This document shows positions 25,842-37,296 of a stretch of DNA of 64,000 nucleotides, piece after piece. Each line of letters opens with the position of its first letter. Position 1 is the first letter of the stretch. The notes under the pieces are model-generated. The model did not search any database. It saw only the letters and a program-made list of their open reading frames with translations, and was not told where the DNA came from. The translations under genes and the position numbers were made by a program. The stretch covers positions 355 to 64,354 of the forward strand of contig CAZFKS010000006.1 in assembly GCA_964519725.1 (NCBI GenBank), in the 5' to 3' direction. This DNA is from an uncultured Gammaproteobacteria bacterium (lineage in GTDB: Bacteria; Patescibacteriota; Patescibacteriia; Magasanikbacterales; UBA922).

Positions 25842-26822
25842 ATGCGAACTTTGATGATTAGCCTTGATGAACGATTGTTAGAAACTGGCTCGGCTGTGGC
25901 TAAACGTCTTAGTGCTCTCGCAAACACAGATATTATTGTCCCTTCGACCAAAAAATTAAAAATAAAATTATCTGATTCGGTAACTGTGCTTGGTACAGGT
26001 GGAAATAAGTTGGCGCAATTTTTTGGGGTAATTAAAATTGGAAAAGAACTAATCAAGGATAATGAGTACGGCCTGATTACCACACAGGATCCATTTATGA
26101 CTGCGCTCGTTGGACTTATGATCCGGAAGCGCACCCCACTTGAAATACAAGTGCACGGTGATTTTTTTAGTAACTTAACCTTTGTTGGAAGTAGCCCAAA
26201 AAATTGGTGCTATTATTGGTTGGCCCGATTAATTACTTTGCGTGAGGCCAACCAAATTCGGGTGGTAGGGGAACGAGTTAAACAAAGCCTAGTAAAAATG
26301 GGCCTAAAAGCCCCAATTACCGTGCGGCCAGTAACACTTGATCTGGGTAAAATTAAAAATTATCAGCCAGCCTTTAGTGTTAAAAATAAATATCCAGGCT
26401 TTAAAAAATATTTTGCGTACGTGGGGCGCCTAGAAAAGGAAAAAAATTTGGCTTGGTTAATTACGGTATTTAGTGAGTATTTACAGGAAACAAAAAGTAA
26501 TGATGTATTGCTTGTGGTTGGTGATGGTTCGCAAAAAATGGAGTGTGAAAAATTAGTGAAAAAAAATGGTCAAGAAAAAAATATTATTTTTGTTGGTTGG
26601 GTTAGTGAGCCCTTTGATTATCTTAAAACAGTTGATTGCGTCCTGGTCCCAAGTTTGGCTGAAGGCTATGGACTGACAGCCATGGAAACGGCGGCGGCTG
26701 GCACAAAATTAATCATGACTGATGTGGGTGTGGCGAATTTTGAATTAAAAGCGAGTGACACTGTAGTTATTGTACCAACTAACTCCAGCGAAAAATTTGT
26801 TAGTGCCTTAAAACAAGTATGA
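25842..26822 (+). CDS. Glycosyltransferase family 4
   Basis: ATG 25842; TTQDPF, GRLEKEKN, PSLAEGYGLTAME. Confidence 0.9.
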   Translation: MRTLMISLDERLLETGSAVAKRLSALANTDIIVPSTKKLKIKLSDSVTVLGTGGNKLAQFFGVIKIGKELIKDNEYGLITTQDPFMTALVGLMIRKRTPLEIQVHGDFFSNLTFVGSSPKNWCYYWLARLITLREANQIRVVGERVKQSLVKMGLKAPITVRPVTLDLGKIKNYQPAFSVKNKYPGFKKYFAYVGRLEKEKNLAWLITVFSEYLQETKSNDVLLVVGDGSQKMECEKLVKKNGQEKNIIFVGWVSEPFDYLKTVDCVLVPSLAEGYGLTAMETAAAGTKLIMTDVGVANFELKASDTVVIVPTNSSEKFVSALKQV

Positions 26823-27862
26823 AGCTTTTGTTAATTACCCAAGCGGTTGATAAAACTGACCCAAATCTGGGCTTTTTTCACGCTTGGATTTTAAAATTGG
26901 CGGCTGAGGTGGAGCACTTGTACGTGATTTGTTTGCGCGCGGGCGAGTATGATTTGCCCAGTAATGTAACGGTTTTATCACTAGGTAAGGAGAAAAAGGA
27001 ATCGCGGGCGCAGTATTTACTTAGATTTTACCACTATATTTTTCAGTACCGAAAAAATTATCAGAGCGTCCTGGTGCATATGAACCCAGAGTATGTGGTT
27101 TTGGGTGGATTGTTTTGGCGGGTAATGCGGAAAAAGATTGGTCTGTGGTATGTGCACAAAAGTGTTGATCTTAAATTACGAATTGCGGAAAAAATGGTAA
27201 CAAAAATTTTTACTACTTCACCTGAAAGTTTCCGGTTGCGCACCAAAAAGATAAGTTATCTTGGGCATGGAATTAATATGGGGGAATTTAAAATCCAGGC
27301 ACCAGACATAAACTTGGTTTTTTTATCAGCCAGCAGAATTACTAGTAGTAAACATCTAGATACTATTGTTCAAGGTCTGGCTGAACTGAAAAAAAACGGT
27401 TTGAAAGCTAGATTAGAAATTGCCGGAGCACCAATTACTACCGCTGATAAAGTTTACTTGCAAGATTTGAAACAATTAGTCAGTGATCTGGGTCTTGATG
27501 CGGATGTAATATTTTTGGGTGGCTTAGATCGACTTGGATTAGTTGTGGCTCTGGCTCGCTCGCATTTACTCATTCACGCTAGTTCTACCGGAAGTACTGA
27601 CAAGATTGTGCTTGAGGCTCTGGCAAGTGGTCGACCAGTCATAACCTCAAGCGAGGCTTATCAAGAAGAAGCGAAAGCTGGATTCGTTGAGATCTTTAAA
27701 CCTGAAAACCCCACTGATTTGGCTGAGAAAATTATTCAGCTAAATAAAGCCGGAAAATTACAGACACCATTTTTACCTCGAACTGAATCGGTTGAATATA
27801 TCAGAAAACACCATAATTTAGACACTGTAATTAAACAAATAATCAATTATTTTACCGTATGA
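26819..27862 (+). CDS. Glycosyltransferase family 4
   Basis: [29 protein letters not shown]. Confidence 0.9.
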   Translation: MKLLLITQAVDKTDPNLGFFHAWILKLAAEVEHLYVICLRAGEYDLPSNVTVLSLGKEKKESRAQYLLRFYHYIFQYRKNYQSVLVHMNPEYVVLGGLFWRVMRKKIGLWYVHKSVDLKLRIAEKMVTKIFTTSPESFRLRTKKISYLGHGINMGEFKIQAPDINLVFLSASRITSSKHLDTIVQGLAELKKNGLKARLEIAGAPITTADKVYLQDLKQLVSDLGLDADVIFLGGLDRLGLVVALARSHLLIHASSTGSTDKIVLEALASGRPVITSSEAYQEEAKAGFVEIFKPENPTDLAEKIIQLNKAGKLQTPFLPRTESVEYIRKHHNLDTVIKQIINYFTV

Positions 27863-28560
27863 AACTGTCAATTGTGATTCCCGTATACAATGAACTTCGG
27901 ACCATTAATAAAATTTTGGACGTCATTAATAGCGTTGAATTAAATGGAGTCGCTAAAGAAATTATCCTGGTTGATGATTGCTCTACTGACGGTACCAGAG
28001 AAATTTTGAAAAATTTGTCAGTCACCGACGGCTACCAAGTTTTTTTTCAAGAAAAAAATCAGGGCAAAGGCGCAGCTTTGCGCCGTGGTTTTAAGGAGGC
28101 AACTGGGGATTTTATTATTATTCAAGATGCGGATTTAGAATATGATCCGTATGAATATCCACAAATTTTAGCTCCGATGATTCAGGGTAAGGCCGATGTA
28201 GTTTATGGTTCACGCTTTATTGGGGATCGACCGCACCGAGTGTTATTTTTTTGGCACTCAGTGGGAAATAAAATATTGACCCTATTTTCCAACATGTTAA
28301 CTGACCTCAATTTAACTGACATGGAAACTTGCTACAAGGCCTTTACCAAAGAGGCAATGGCAAAAATATTACCAAAATTAGAATCCAACCGCTTTAATAT
28401 TGACCCAGAAATTACCGCGCGCATAGCCAAGGCGCGCCTCCGGATTTATGAAGTTGGAATTTCTTACCATGGTCGCACCTATGAAGAAGGTAAGAAAATT
28501 GGAATTAAGGATGGGTTTAGTGCTCTGTGGTCAATTATTAAATTCAATCTTTTTAGCTAA
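27859..28560 (+). CDS. Glycosyltransferase family 2 (DPM1-like polyprenol-phosphate sugar synthase)
   Basis: [31 protein letters not shown]. Confidence 0.93.
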   Translation: MKLSIVIPVYNELRTINKILDVINSVELNGVAKEIILVDDCSTDGTREILKNLSVTDGYQVFFQEKNQGKGAALRRGFKEATGDFIIIQDADLEYDPYEYPQILAPMIQGKADVVYGSRFIGDRPHRVLFFWHSVGNKILTLFSNMLTDLNLTDMETCYKAFTKEAMAKILPKLESNRFNIDPEITARIAKARLRIYEVGISYHGRTYEEGKKIGIKDGFSALWSIIKFNLFS

Positions 28561-28563
28561 TGT

Positions 28564-29790
28564 ATGAGCGAAAAGCGGGTTTTAATAATTACCCCAAAAT
28601 TTCCTTATCCTAGTACTGGTGCTTGTGAATCAGACCGCGCCGCTGGCATAGAATGGTTTAAAAATCACGGTTATGAAGTCCATGTAATCACCAAAGTTTA
28701 CAATGAGGAAATTGCTGTGCAGTCTAAAAAAACCGGCCAAGAGCTTGGTGTTACTGTTTGGCCATTTGTTTATTTTGATAATACAAAAAGAACAGTATTG
28801 GCGCGAATATGGCATCGATTTAAACAATTTTTACAGCCTTGGTATTGGGATGGTGCGGCATATGAATATACTGATCCAGAGCTGAAAAATATTTTAGATA
28901 AAGAACTTAAGACATTTAAACCACAATTAGTTTGGTGTGAGTACACGTACTTGTGGCCACTCTTTAGTGTAATTAAAAAATATAATCTACCGATCATAAC
29001 CCGTTCGCATAATTTTGAACCGAATCACTATTTAGAAGAAGACGGATTAGGTTTGAAAACACCGTTAGTATATTTAGCTAAATTGCATAGTGAGTGGCGT
29101 ACCGCCCGTAAAAGTACGGTATTGGCTGCGATTACCCCATCTGAAACTAAAAAATATCAGTTCTTGGCTAGCGCAAAGACCAAAGTTTTTACCCTGCCTT
29201 TGCGTGGTTTAACTAAATTTACACAAATACAGCTTACAGAGAACCAGCCGTTGGCCGTATATTTCATGGGTTCGACTTATAATGTGACTCATAATTACGC
29301 AGCGGCTAGTTTTTTGGTCAATCAAGTAGTTCCGGCCGTCAGATCTAAATTACCAGGCGTGTTTTCTTTTTTTATTTTAGGTGGTAAGGTCCCTAAAGAT
29401 TTACTGGATAAGGCCTCATCTGACCTGTGTTTTCCTGGTTATATTCCTGCTTCTCAATTTGATAGTTTTTTGAAGACGATGAATATTTGCTTAGCGCCGT
29501 CACTGTATGGTGCTGGCATGCAACAAAAGGTTTTTGAGCCACTAATGCGCGGGTTTCCAACAATTACCTCAGCTCGGGCTCTGGTGGGTTATAAATTTCA
29601 AGATGGTCAGGAAGTACTTTTGGCCGAGTCTGTTCCAGAATTTGTCAATCGGTTAAGTGAATTACAAGACACACAAAAACGTGATCTGATCGGAAAACAG
29701 GCTGCAGTAAAGGCCGAGAGTTTGTTTAACCAAACTGAAATTGATAAAATAATTAATAACATTATTCAGTACGTAACCCTTAATAGGTAA
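28564..29790 (+). CDS. GT-B glycosyltransferase (GT4-like)
   Basis: RSHNFE, APSLYGAGMQQKVFE. Confidence 0.85.
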   Translation: MSEKRVLIITPKFPYPSTGACESDRAAGIEWFKNHGYEVHVITKVYNEEIAVQSKKTGQELGVTVWPFVYFDNTKRTVLARIWHRFKQFLQPWYWDGAAYEYTDPELKNILDKELKTFKPQLVWCEYTYLWPLFSVIKKYNLPIITRSHNFEPNHYLEEDGLGLKTPLVYLAKLHSEWRTARKSTVLAAITPSETKKYQFLASAKTKVFTLPLRGLTKFTQIQLTENQPLAVYFMGSTYNVTHNYAAASFLVNQVVPAVRSKLPGVFSFFILGGKVPKDLLDKASSDLCFPGYIPASQFDSFLKTMNICLAPSLYGAGMQQKVFEPLMRGFPTITSARALVGYKFQDGQEVLLAESVPEFVNRLSELQDTQKRDLIGKQAAVKAESLFNQTEIDKIINNIIQYVTLNR

Positions 29791-29807
29791 ATTACACTTT
29801 TAATAAC

Positions 29808-31130
29808 ATGCGTACTGTACCGAAAATTTATTGGTTGGTTGGGCTCTCGGTTTTGGTGTCGCTATTGTATAGTTTTTGGTTCAAAATTACACCAGTCGTT
29901 GATGCGCAAGCGTATGATCAAATTGCAGTTAATTTGCTGGCGGGACATGGGTTTAGAGAAAATCCCACGCTAGATTTTAATTTTGATCACGCCATGTTAC
30001 GGGCTGGTCCAGGTTATGAATTCTTTCTCGCCTTTATTTACTGGATTTTTGGGCACACTTACGCTGTGGTTTGGTTTATTCAAGCTCTACTGCACGGAGC
30101 CACGGTTTGGTTGGTGTATAGAGCGGCTAAGCAAATATGGCCAGAGGAAACTAGCGAAGTCCAAGAGTGGATAGCACTCTCAGCCGCGGGAATGATTGCT
30201 TTTCACCCTGATTTGATTGAGATTTCAGCCATGCTCATGACTGAAACACTGTATGTGTTTATAGTCAGTGTTTTAGTCTATCTATTCGTTACTTTGCAAA
30301 GGAAAATCACTTGGTTAAAAGTTGGCTGGCTTGGTCTTTGGCTTGGACTTGGAATTTTAGTTAGACCAACTTTGCTTTTATTTGCCCCGGTAGTTTTGGT
30401 TTTGTTTTTGTTTCAGAAAAAATGGCTTGAAAGCGCAGTGTTTGTAGCAATGGTTGGCTTGGTTTTAGCACCGTGGGTAATCCGAAATTACTCGCTGTAT
30501 CATCAATTTATTTTAACCACGTTAATTGGTGATTTTAATATTTGGATTGGTAATACTCTCAGCGCGGATGGTGGGCAAATTGCTGGCGGTTTTAATCCCG
30601 TGACCACGTACGTAGATCAGAATGGTCTAACTGGCCTTGGCAATGAAGCCAAAAAAATGTTCAGGGAATTTATCTTTACTTATCCGCAAGAGTTTATAAA
30701 ATTAACAGCGATTCGGACGGTTCGATATTTTAGTTTAATTAGACCCATGGGTTTTTGGTTTTATGATCATGGTCTTTCACAAATAATCTTTGTGATTGCT
30801 TCCGGTCTAAGTATTGCTGGTTTATTTGTGAGCGGTTTAGCCGGTATAATCTTAGCTTGGTGGCGTCGTGAGCAAAAATGGTACCTGCTCGCCCTGACTG
30901 TAACCGCGCCAATTCCACTCCTGGTAACCGTGGTTCAATCAAGGTATCGGTTTCAGATTTATCCGTTTCTGGCACTATTTGGGGCATATGCAGTGGTGAA
31001 ATTATGGAAAAAAGCCTCAGTCGCAAAAATGGCTTGGGTTATGGCCGCAATTATTCTAGGGGTATTTACTTTAATTGATATAATGTTGTCATGGTCACTA
31101 GTGGCTGCCCGGTTAACTGATTTAATTTAA
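29808..31130 (+). CDS. GT-C (ArnT/PMT-like) membrane glycosyltransferase
   Basis: DAQAYDQIA..., PGYEFFLA, MLMTETLY, LVRP, PWVIRN; multi-TM. Confidence 0.85.
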   Translation: MRTVPKIYWLVGLSVLVSLLYSFWFKITPVVDAQAYDQIAVNLLAGHGFRENPTLDFNFDHAMLRAGPGYEFFLAFIYWIFGHTYAVVWFIQALLHGATVWLVYRAAKQIWPEETSEVQEWIALSAAGMIAFHPDLIEISAMLMTETLYVFIVSVLVYLFVTLQRKITWLKVGWLGLWLGLGILVRPTLLLFAPVVLVLFLFQKKWLESAVFVAMVGLVLAPWVIRNYSLYHQFILTTLIGDFNIWIGNTLSADGGQIAGGFNPVTTYVDQNGLTGLGNEAKKMFREFIFTYPQEFIKLTAIRTVRYFSLIRPMGFWFYDHGLSQIIFVIASGLSIAGLFVSGLAGIILAWWRREQKWYLLALTVTAPIPLLVTVVQSRYRFQIYPFLALFGAYAVVKLWKKASVAKMAWVMAAIILGVFTLIDIMLSWSLVAARLTDLI

Positions 31131-31132
31131 TT

Positions 31133-32581
31133 ATGACTGAAGCTTGGTTAGGGTGGTTTAAAAAACAGTGGTGTTTTGGTCTACTTTTTGCGGTGGTAAT
31201 TTTTTGTACGACTACTTGGCAGTTAGGAGCTAGTCCAGCCACTTGGTTTGATGAGGGAATTAATATTGGTATTGCTAATAGCCTCGTTGAACGCGGAATT
31301 TACAGCCTGGCTGTGAGTCCAGAAGAAGTGGTTAGCGCGACTGAACGTCCATTTCTCATCACTTCTAATTATCCAATCTTGGTGCCAGTAGCCGCCGCGT
31401 TAATATTATTTAACAGTGATAGTTTAATAGTGGTCAGGTTGCCAATGGTGCTGTATTTGTGGGCGTTTTTTGGTCTAGTTTTTTTATTAATAAAACGCTT
31501 CCACCCAAATTCTTGGGCCCCTTGGTTAGGAATTGGCCTGTTAGTTACTTTTGCCCCGCTGTATGGCAATGGAAAAGCCGTTCTGGGTGAAGTTCCAGGT
31601 TTGGTTTGGTTATTAGCTGGTCTCTTGGTATTACCCGCAAAAATTAATTGGCGTTTAGTGTTAGCAGGTTTTTGCTTTGGTTTGGCCATTGCCTGTAAAC
31701 CATATTTTTTAATTATTGCGCCAGCGGTTTTGGTGGGGGAATGGTATGCCTTTAGAACGGATAAGAAAATTTTTTTTACTCGCCTAGGATATTTGTTTAT
31801 TGGAGGAATTGGACCAATTATGGTCTGGCTCTTCACCATTTTAATTCCATTTTCTCTTGATTCAATCCAGAGAACAATTGGTTATTATAGTAATTCTTAC
31901 GCGGCTAGTAATTTTACGACGGTGGTTACTAGTAATGTGTGGCGCTTTTTTAGTGAAAGCACACCGATCCATTTGTTAGGACTGGTGTTGGTACTTGGTT
32001 TTTGGTTGAAAGATCGTTTTAAAAATAAAACTTTAACTGAGCTAGAAATAATTTTAGCAATGTTTGTTGGGATAACCATGCTCTGGTACTTGAAAACACC
32101 AGGTTGGTACCGATATTTTTTTACTGCTCACGTAGTGCTTTTGGCATTTTTACCAGTTAGTTTACTGTGGTTCAAGAAACAAAAAATTGCCATTGCCCTT
32201 ATGTTGGGCTTAATTAGTATCCAAGGGGTGCATCTTTTAACCAGAACTAATGACGCCCTCTATTACTCAACGGAAGCAACTGATTTTTCCAAAGAAGTAC
32301 TGAGCGCAGTGACAGCGGAAGAGAAAATATTAGTGATTAATAGTCCGAGTGTTGCTTTTTTACTCAGTGACCACGCTGAAACTTACCAATTTTTACAAAT
32401 CAATCCTAGTCTCCACTTTGGCCAGGCTGACCTTAAAATTAAGGCCTCAACCTGGTATCCTTATGTAATCACGAGCGGTTCACTGGAGGGGATCGATATT
32501 GAAAGTGCTGACGCTGTGTTAAAATCAGAGTACCAATCAATTAAACAGGTTGGCCATTATCAGCTTTGGAAAAAGCAATGA
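31133..32581 (+). CDS. GT-C (ArnT/PMT-like) membrane glycosyltransferase
   Basis: WFDEG motif after TM1; multi-TM; AIACKP. Confidence 0.8.
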   Translation: MTEAWLGWFKKQWCFGLLFAVVIFCTTTWQLGASPATWFDEGINIGIANSLVERGIYSLAVSPEEVVSATERPFLITSNYPILVPVAAALILFNSDSLIVVRLPMVLYLWAFFGLVFLLIKRFHPNSWAPWLGIGLLVTFAPLYGNGKAVLGEVPGLVWLLAGLLVLPAKINWRLVLAGFCFGLAIACKPYFLIIAPAVLVGEWYAFRTDKKIFFTRLGYLFIGGIGPIMVWLFTILIPFSLDSIQRTIGYYSNSYAASNFTTVVTSNVWRFFSESTPIHLLGLVLVLGFWLKDRFKNKTLTELEIILAMFVGITMLWYLKTPGWYRYFFTAHVVLLAFLPVSLLWFKKQKIAIALMLGLISIQGVHLLTRTNDALYYSTEATDFSKEVLSAVTAEEKILVINSPSVAFLLSDHAETYQFLQINPSLHFGQADLKIKASTWYPYVITSGSLEGIDIESADAVLKSEYQSIKQVGHYQLWKKQ

Positions 32582-32582
32582 T

Positions 32583-33314
32583 ATGAATCAAACCATTTCA
32601 TACTCTCTAATAATTCCGATCTATAATGGCGCGACTTTTTTTGCATCAAAAATTAGTGATTTACGTGACTGGCTCGCAGCTGAACCGAATCGAGAAATAA
32701 TTATCGTTAATGATGGTAGCGTTGATGGAACTGAAGAAATCTTAGCCGGACTAAAAACAGAGACTGGTTTTACAATTATCAATCACTCTTTAAATCAAGG
32801 AAAAGGCGCGGCCTTGCGCTCAGGTTTGGTAGTAGCCCGTGGGCAGGTGGTGGGATTTACTGATGCTGATTTACCATATGGTCTAAATATTCTAACAACC
32901 ATGGGGCAAAAATTAGTTGCCAAACCAAATCTGGCCATGGTCTACGGCTCACGGGGCCATGAACAGTCAGGTGATCTGAAGAATTACGGTTGGCTGCGAA
33001 GAGTCGGACGTAAATTTTTTTCGATTCTCATCAAAAAAATCGCGGTGAGCAGTGTGACTGACTCTCAGTGTGGCGTTAAAGTGTTTACTGATTATTTTGT
33101 TAAAGACCTTGTGAAATATGGTCAGATCAACCGTTTTGCCTTTGACATTGAATTATTTGTGATTGCTAAAGCCAAGGGTTATTTTTACGAGGATTTTCCA
33201 GTTGTCCTGGGGGCGCAAAAAGAGAGTAGTGTGCGATTAGTGGTTGATACTCTGCGAATGTTAAAAGATTTAATAGTTATTAAAGCCAGACTAAGAAAAG
33301 GCGAATATACCTAG
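32583..33314 (+). CDS. Glycosyltransferase family 2 (polyprenyl-phosphate glucosyltransferase-like)
   Basis: ATG 32583; VNDGSVDG, NQGKG, FTDADL, DSQCGVK, FAFDIE. Confidence 0.9.
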   Translation: MNQTISYSLIIPIYNGATFFASKISDLRDWLAAEPNREIIIVNDGSVDGTEEILAGLKTETGFTIINHSLNQGKGAALRSGLVVARGQVVGFTDADLPYGLNILTTMGQKLVAKPNLAMVYGSRGHEQSGDLKNYGWLRRVGRKFFSILIKKIAVSSVTDSQCGVKVFTDYFVKDLVKYGQINRFAFDIELFVIAKAKGYFYEDFPVVLGAQKESSVRLVVDTLRMLKDLIVIKARLRKGEYT

Positions 33315-33315
33315 T

Positions 33316-35154
33316 ATGTGTGGAATTAATGGTTTTAATTTTTCTGACCAAAACCTAATTCAAAAAATGAATCAGGCTAGTAAGCACCGCGGTCCTGACG
33401 AGACTAATTTTTTGGTAGATGACGGTGTGTCATTGGGTCATAATCGGCTAGCGATTATTGATTTATCACCTAATGGTTGCCAGCCAATGTGGGATGCTGA
33501 TCATACAGTAGTAATTGTGTTTAATGGTGAAATTTATAATTACCAAGAATTAAAAAATGAACTGAAAGAGTATAAATTTAATTCCAAAAGTGATACGGAA
33601 GTGATTTTAAACGCTTATAAAAAGTTTGGAGTTGACTGTGTAAAAAAGTTTAATGGTATTTTTGCGTTTGCGATTTGGGATACCAAAACCAAAACATTAT
33701 TTTTAGCCCGTGATCAGGGTGGGGTTAAGCCGCTGTATTATTTTTATGACCAGGGGAAATTAATTTTTTCCTCAGAAATTAAAAGTATTTTAGAACACCC
33801 AATTAAAAGAGAAGTTAATACTGAGGCCTATAATTTATTTTTTCAGCTTTTGTACGTACCAGAACCACTAACGATGTTTGCGAATGTTCGTAAATTATTA
33901 GCTGGCCATTACGCAGTTGTGAAAAATGGGGAAATGAAAATAGTGAATTACTGGCCGCAAAAAAATAATCTAAGTAAACGTAATTATTCGGAAACCGTGG
34001 GTGAAATTAGGGATGTATTCCGTGACAGTGTTAAGCATCAATTAATCTCTGACCGTCCGGTTGGAATTTTCTTGAGTGGTGGTTTAGATTCCACGGCTGT
34101 CTTGGGTGCAGCAGCAGAGTTTCATCAGGGACCAATAAAAACGTTTACTGTGGGGTTTGCTGACAGCCAGGACCCAAAGAAATTTAATGCTGACCTTGAC
34201 TTAGCTAGAAAAACCGCGGCGTTTTATCACACTGATCACCATGAATTAATTTTAACACCGCGGGCGGTTTTGGATTCTCTAGAAGAGTTAGTGTGGCATT
34301 TAGATGAACCAAATTTTAATGCTACAGCTGGAGCAATTTTTGCCTTAGCCGCAAAAGCCAAAGAATCAGTAGCTGTGGTACTTGGTGGGGATGGGGCTGA
34401 TGAATTATTTGGTGGTTACCCTCGCTACTATTACAGCCGACTTATTAGTTTGTACCAAAAGACTGGTTGGCTGGGGCAAACCTTTGCCAAGACTGGTCAA
34501 GCACTGGGTTTTGGGTTAGCCCACAAACTAAATTTACCACCGACTGAAGCAAGGGTGCTAGCTTTTTTAGCCCAAAAACAGGAACTATTAAGTACTTTGC
34601 TGGGTCCGCAATATGAACCAGCGGCAGCCACTAATTTTTTGCACACTCAGTACTTTTTACAACCGCCGACCACTGAATTTGAAAATTATTTCATGCAGAT
34701 TGATCGTGAGGGTTGGTTAAGAGATGAGTCGCTTATGCGCACTGATAAAATGACTATGGCTCATGGTCTAGAAGCGCGGGTGCCGATTTTAGATCATCGT
34801 CTTGTTTCACTAAGTGAGCAAATTCCGGTTAATTGGAAATTTAGTATCTGGCAAAATCCGCATACTTTTCAAGGTAAAAATATTTGGAAAGAGGCAATCA
34901 AAGGCTATTTACCGGACCATGTTCTTAATCAAGAAAAACGTGGTTGGTTTACACCAATGGCTAAATGGGTGCGTAGTGATTTAAAAGAGTCAGTGGCGGA
35001 AATTTTGGCTGATGCCAAGCAAAATACGGCTTATTTTAGTGCGACTGGAATTGACCAAATTTGGAATGATCACTTAAGTGGGCGACAGTATAATTTAAAT
35101 AGTATCTGGGCTACAGTCATGTGGCAACTGTGGTATAATCGCTTCATTAAATAG
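33316..35154 (+). CDS. asnB: Asparagine synthase (glutamine-hydrolysing) family amidotransferase
   Basis: MCGI N-terminus, HRGPD, RLAIIDL, FNGEIYN, LSGGLDS, GDGADELFGGY. Confidence 0.93.
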   Translation: MCGINGFNFSDQNLIQKMNQASKHRGPDETNFLVDDGVSLGHNRLAIIDLSPNGCQPMWDADHTVVIVFNGEIYNYQELKNELKEYKFNSKSDTEVILNAYKKFGVDCVKKFNGIFAFAIWDTKTKTLFLARDQGGVKPLYYFYDQGKLIFSSEIKSILEHPIKREVNTEAYNLFFQLLYVPEPLTMFANVRKLLAGHYAVVKNGEMKIVNYWPQKNNLSKRNYSETVGEIRDVFRDSVKHQLISDRPVGIFLSGGLDSTAVLGAAAEFHQGPIKTFTVGFADSQDPKKFNADLDLARKTAAFYHTDHHELILTPRAVLDSLEELVWHLDEPNFNATAGAIFALAAKAKESVAVVLGGDGADELFGGYPRYYYSRLISLYQKTGWLGQTFAKTGQALGFGLAHKLNLPPTEARVLAFLAQKQELLSTLLGPQYEPAAATNFLHTQYFLQPPTTEFENYFMQIDREGWLRDESLMRTDKMTMAHGLEARVPILDHRLVSLSEQIPVNWKFSIWQNPHTFQGKNIWKEAIKGYLPDHVLNQEKRGWFTPMAKWVRSDLKESVAEILADAKQNTAYFSATGIDQIWNDHLSGRQYNLNSIWATVMWQLWYNRFIK

Positions 35155-35158
35155 TCAT

Positions 35159-35800
35159 ATGAAATTATTTCAAGAGCTGCTCCGTGGGAAAGATATTTAT
35201 CGTATTTGCCAAAATACTTTGTGCGAAAATTACACCCTAAATGGTTTGACTGTAGATGTGGGCAGTGGTGAGACTTTGGCTAGTTACCACCGATTTTTCC
35301 AAAAAAATCAGGTCCAAGTGGAGTGTTTAGACCTATCAAAACCAAAAAATGGTCAACAAATTAATCTAGAAAGTGATTCTTTGCCATATTTGACCGGCTC
35401 AGTGGATACAGTCTTAGCAATGAACGTTTTAGAACACATTTTTAAGTATGAGTGGTTGGTTTCTGAACTGTACCGAATTACCAAGGCAGAGGGACAAGTG
35501 TTCGCAGCCGTGCCATTTTTGGTGGCTTATCACCCTGACCCGCATGATTACTGGCGTTTTACCGAGGAGACGTTGGGGTTAGTGTTTAAAAAAGCTGGTT
35601 TTAGAGAAGTGGAAATTAAACCGTTTGGCAGAGGCGTGGCTGTAGCGGCGTATTCACAATTAGAAATCATTTTGCCACGAATTGTAAAAATGCTTTTACT
35701 GCCACTAGTTTTAGGTTTTGATGCTTTAATTAGTAAATTATTTAAACGCTCACAAGTGAAGCATTATCCCTTAGGATATTTTGTGGTGGCAAAAAAATAA
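35159..35800 (+). CDS. Class I SAM-dependent methyltransferase
   Basis: VDVGSG, NVLEH, HPDPHDYWRFT. Confidence 0.85.
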   Translation: MKLFQELLRGKDIYRICQNTLCENYTLNGLTVDVGSGETLASYHRFFQKNQVQVECLDLSKPKNGQQINLESDSLPYLTGSVDTVLAMNVLEHIFKYEWLVSELYRITKAEGQVFAAVPFLVAYHPDPHDYWRFTEETLGLVFKKAGFREVEIKPFGRGVAVAAYSQLEIILPRIVKMLLLPLVLGFDALISKLFKRSQVKHYPLGYFVVAKK

Positions 35801-35810
35801 GAGCGCAGGT

Positions 35811-37295
35811 ATGTGGCTAAAAATAATTTCACAGCTTACGGGTCAACCATATAACCCGCTTTGGTCGGAAAAGTTGCCGTATATTTTACAGGGCTTAGGC
35901 GCCGTGGTTTTGTTGTGGTTGAGTTTACTATTCGCGAATATTTATTTTTTAAAAAAAGATCTGGAGCTTAAAAAAATAGGTTGGTGGTTATTACTAAGTT
36001 TTAGTTTAGTGGCCAGTGCCAAATATGCAATCTATCATTTTACTAAAGGCTATATTCCAGACCGGTGGATTATGTACGCTTTGCCATCACCGCGGGTTGG
36101 TCAGATTGGATTTTTGGTATTAGCCATTGGCTTGGCCGGGACTTATGTGTATTTTAGAGAAAAAATAGTGGCTTCCAAACAATCGACTTTCATTTTGATT
36201 TCAATCTTATTTTTAACTAGTTTTAGTTTAGCTGTAGCTGGGATTAGAGAGGGGGCTAAAAGCATTATCGATCCTTTAACACGTAGTTATTGGGAATATA
36301 CTGGTACACTCCCGATTGTGACAGAGATGGGTACTAAAAGTTTTTTACAACACTACAATACTTTATTACCAACTTTGCCGGTTCACACTCAGACTCATCC
36401 GCCAGGGTATGTGCTATTTTTGTACGCTGTGCAAAATTGGTTTAAGGCCAATTATATGGGTTTAGCTGTGGCTATTGCTGTGGCTGGTTCTTTGAGTGTC
36501 ATTCCGCTTTTATTATGGTGGGAAAAATTATATTCCCCAAAAGTGGCCCGCGAATTAATCACTTTTTTTATCTTCACGCCAAGTGTTGTTATTTTTTCCA
36601 GCACCTCCATGGAGTTTGTTTTTCTGGCATTGATGAGTTTGACGGTGTACGCAGTGCACCGCGGTTGGAAGGCAAGTAGTGCTTGGTCGGTCGTTGCGGG
36701 TGGAGTTATGGCCACGGCTTTTTTATCTAACTTTTTGTTTTTATTAACTGGCCCAATTTGGCTGGCTTTTTTGGTTTATGAAATTAAACAAAAAACTAAT
36801 CACCAAGAAAAAATAATAGTAGTGGCGAGAGCGCTTATTAGTGGTTTAACTTTGGCGGGTTGTTTAGGTGCGCTCTACTTAGCAACTGGTTATTCTATAG
36901 TCGCTAATTTTTTTGCCGCTCGCGCCCTAAACCAAGCGTTAGTTTCTAGTAATTTTGCTTCGGTTGGCACGTATTTAAACTATTTGACCATGAATAGCGT
37001 GGCTTTTCTCCTGTACCTAGGTTTACCAGCTTTGTACATTTTTGGTAAAAAAATTAACCAATTTTCCAAACAAAATTTTTGGAATTGGTTGGGAATTGGC
37101 ACGGTTTTTCTGTTTTTATTAATTGGTATTTTCCAAGGTGAAAATGAACGGATTTGGTTATTTGTGGTGCCGTTTTTTATGACGTACTACACGTGGTTCC
37201 TAGCCGAGGCAAATCCTAAGCAAATTAATGTGGTGTTACTAATGCAAGCCTGGCAAATAATTATGGTGCAAATTCTTTTTTACACCTACTGGTAG
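35811..37295 (+). CDS. Polytopic membrane protein, probable GT-C glycosyltransferase
   Basis: ATG 35811; THPPG and ENERIWL motifs; many TM helices. Confidence 0.65.
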   Translation: MWLKIISQLTGQPYNPLWSEKLPYILQGLGAVVLLWLSLLFANIYFLKKDLELKKIGWWLLLSFSLVASAKYAIYHFTKGYIPDRWIMYALPSPRVGQIGFLVLAIGLAGTYVYFREKIVASKQSTFILISILFLTSFSLAVAGIREGAKSIIDPLTRSYWEYTGTLPIVTEMGTKSFLQHYNTLLPTLPVHTQTHPPGYVLFLYAVQNWFKANYMGLAVAIAVAGSLSVIPLLLWWEKLYSPKVARELITFFIFTPSVVIFSSTSMEFVFLALMSLTVYAVHRGWKASSAWSVVAGGVMATAFLSNFLFLLTGPIWLAFLVYEIKQKTNHQEKIIVVARALISGLTLAGCLGALYLATGYSIVANFFAARALNQALVSSNFASVGTYLNYLTMNSVAFLLYLGLPALYIFGKKINQFSKQNFWNWLGIGTVFLFLLIGIFQGENERIWLFVVPFFMTYYTWFLAEANPKQINVVLLMQAWQIIMVQILFYTYW

Positions 37296-37296
37296 T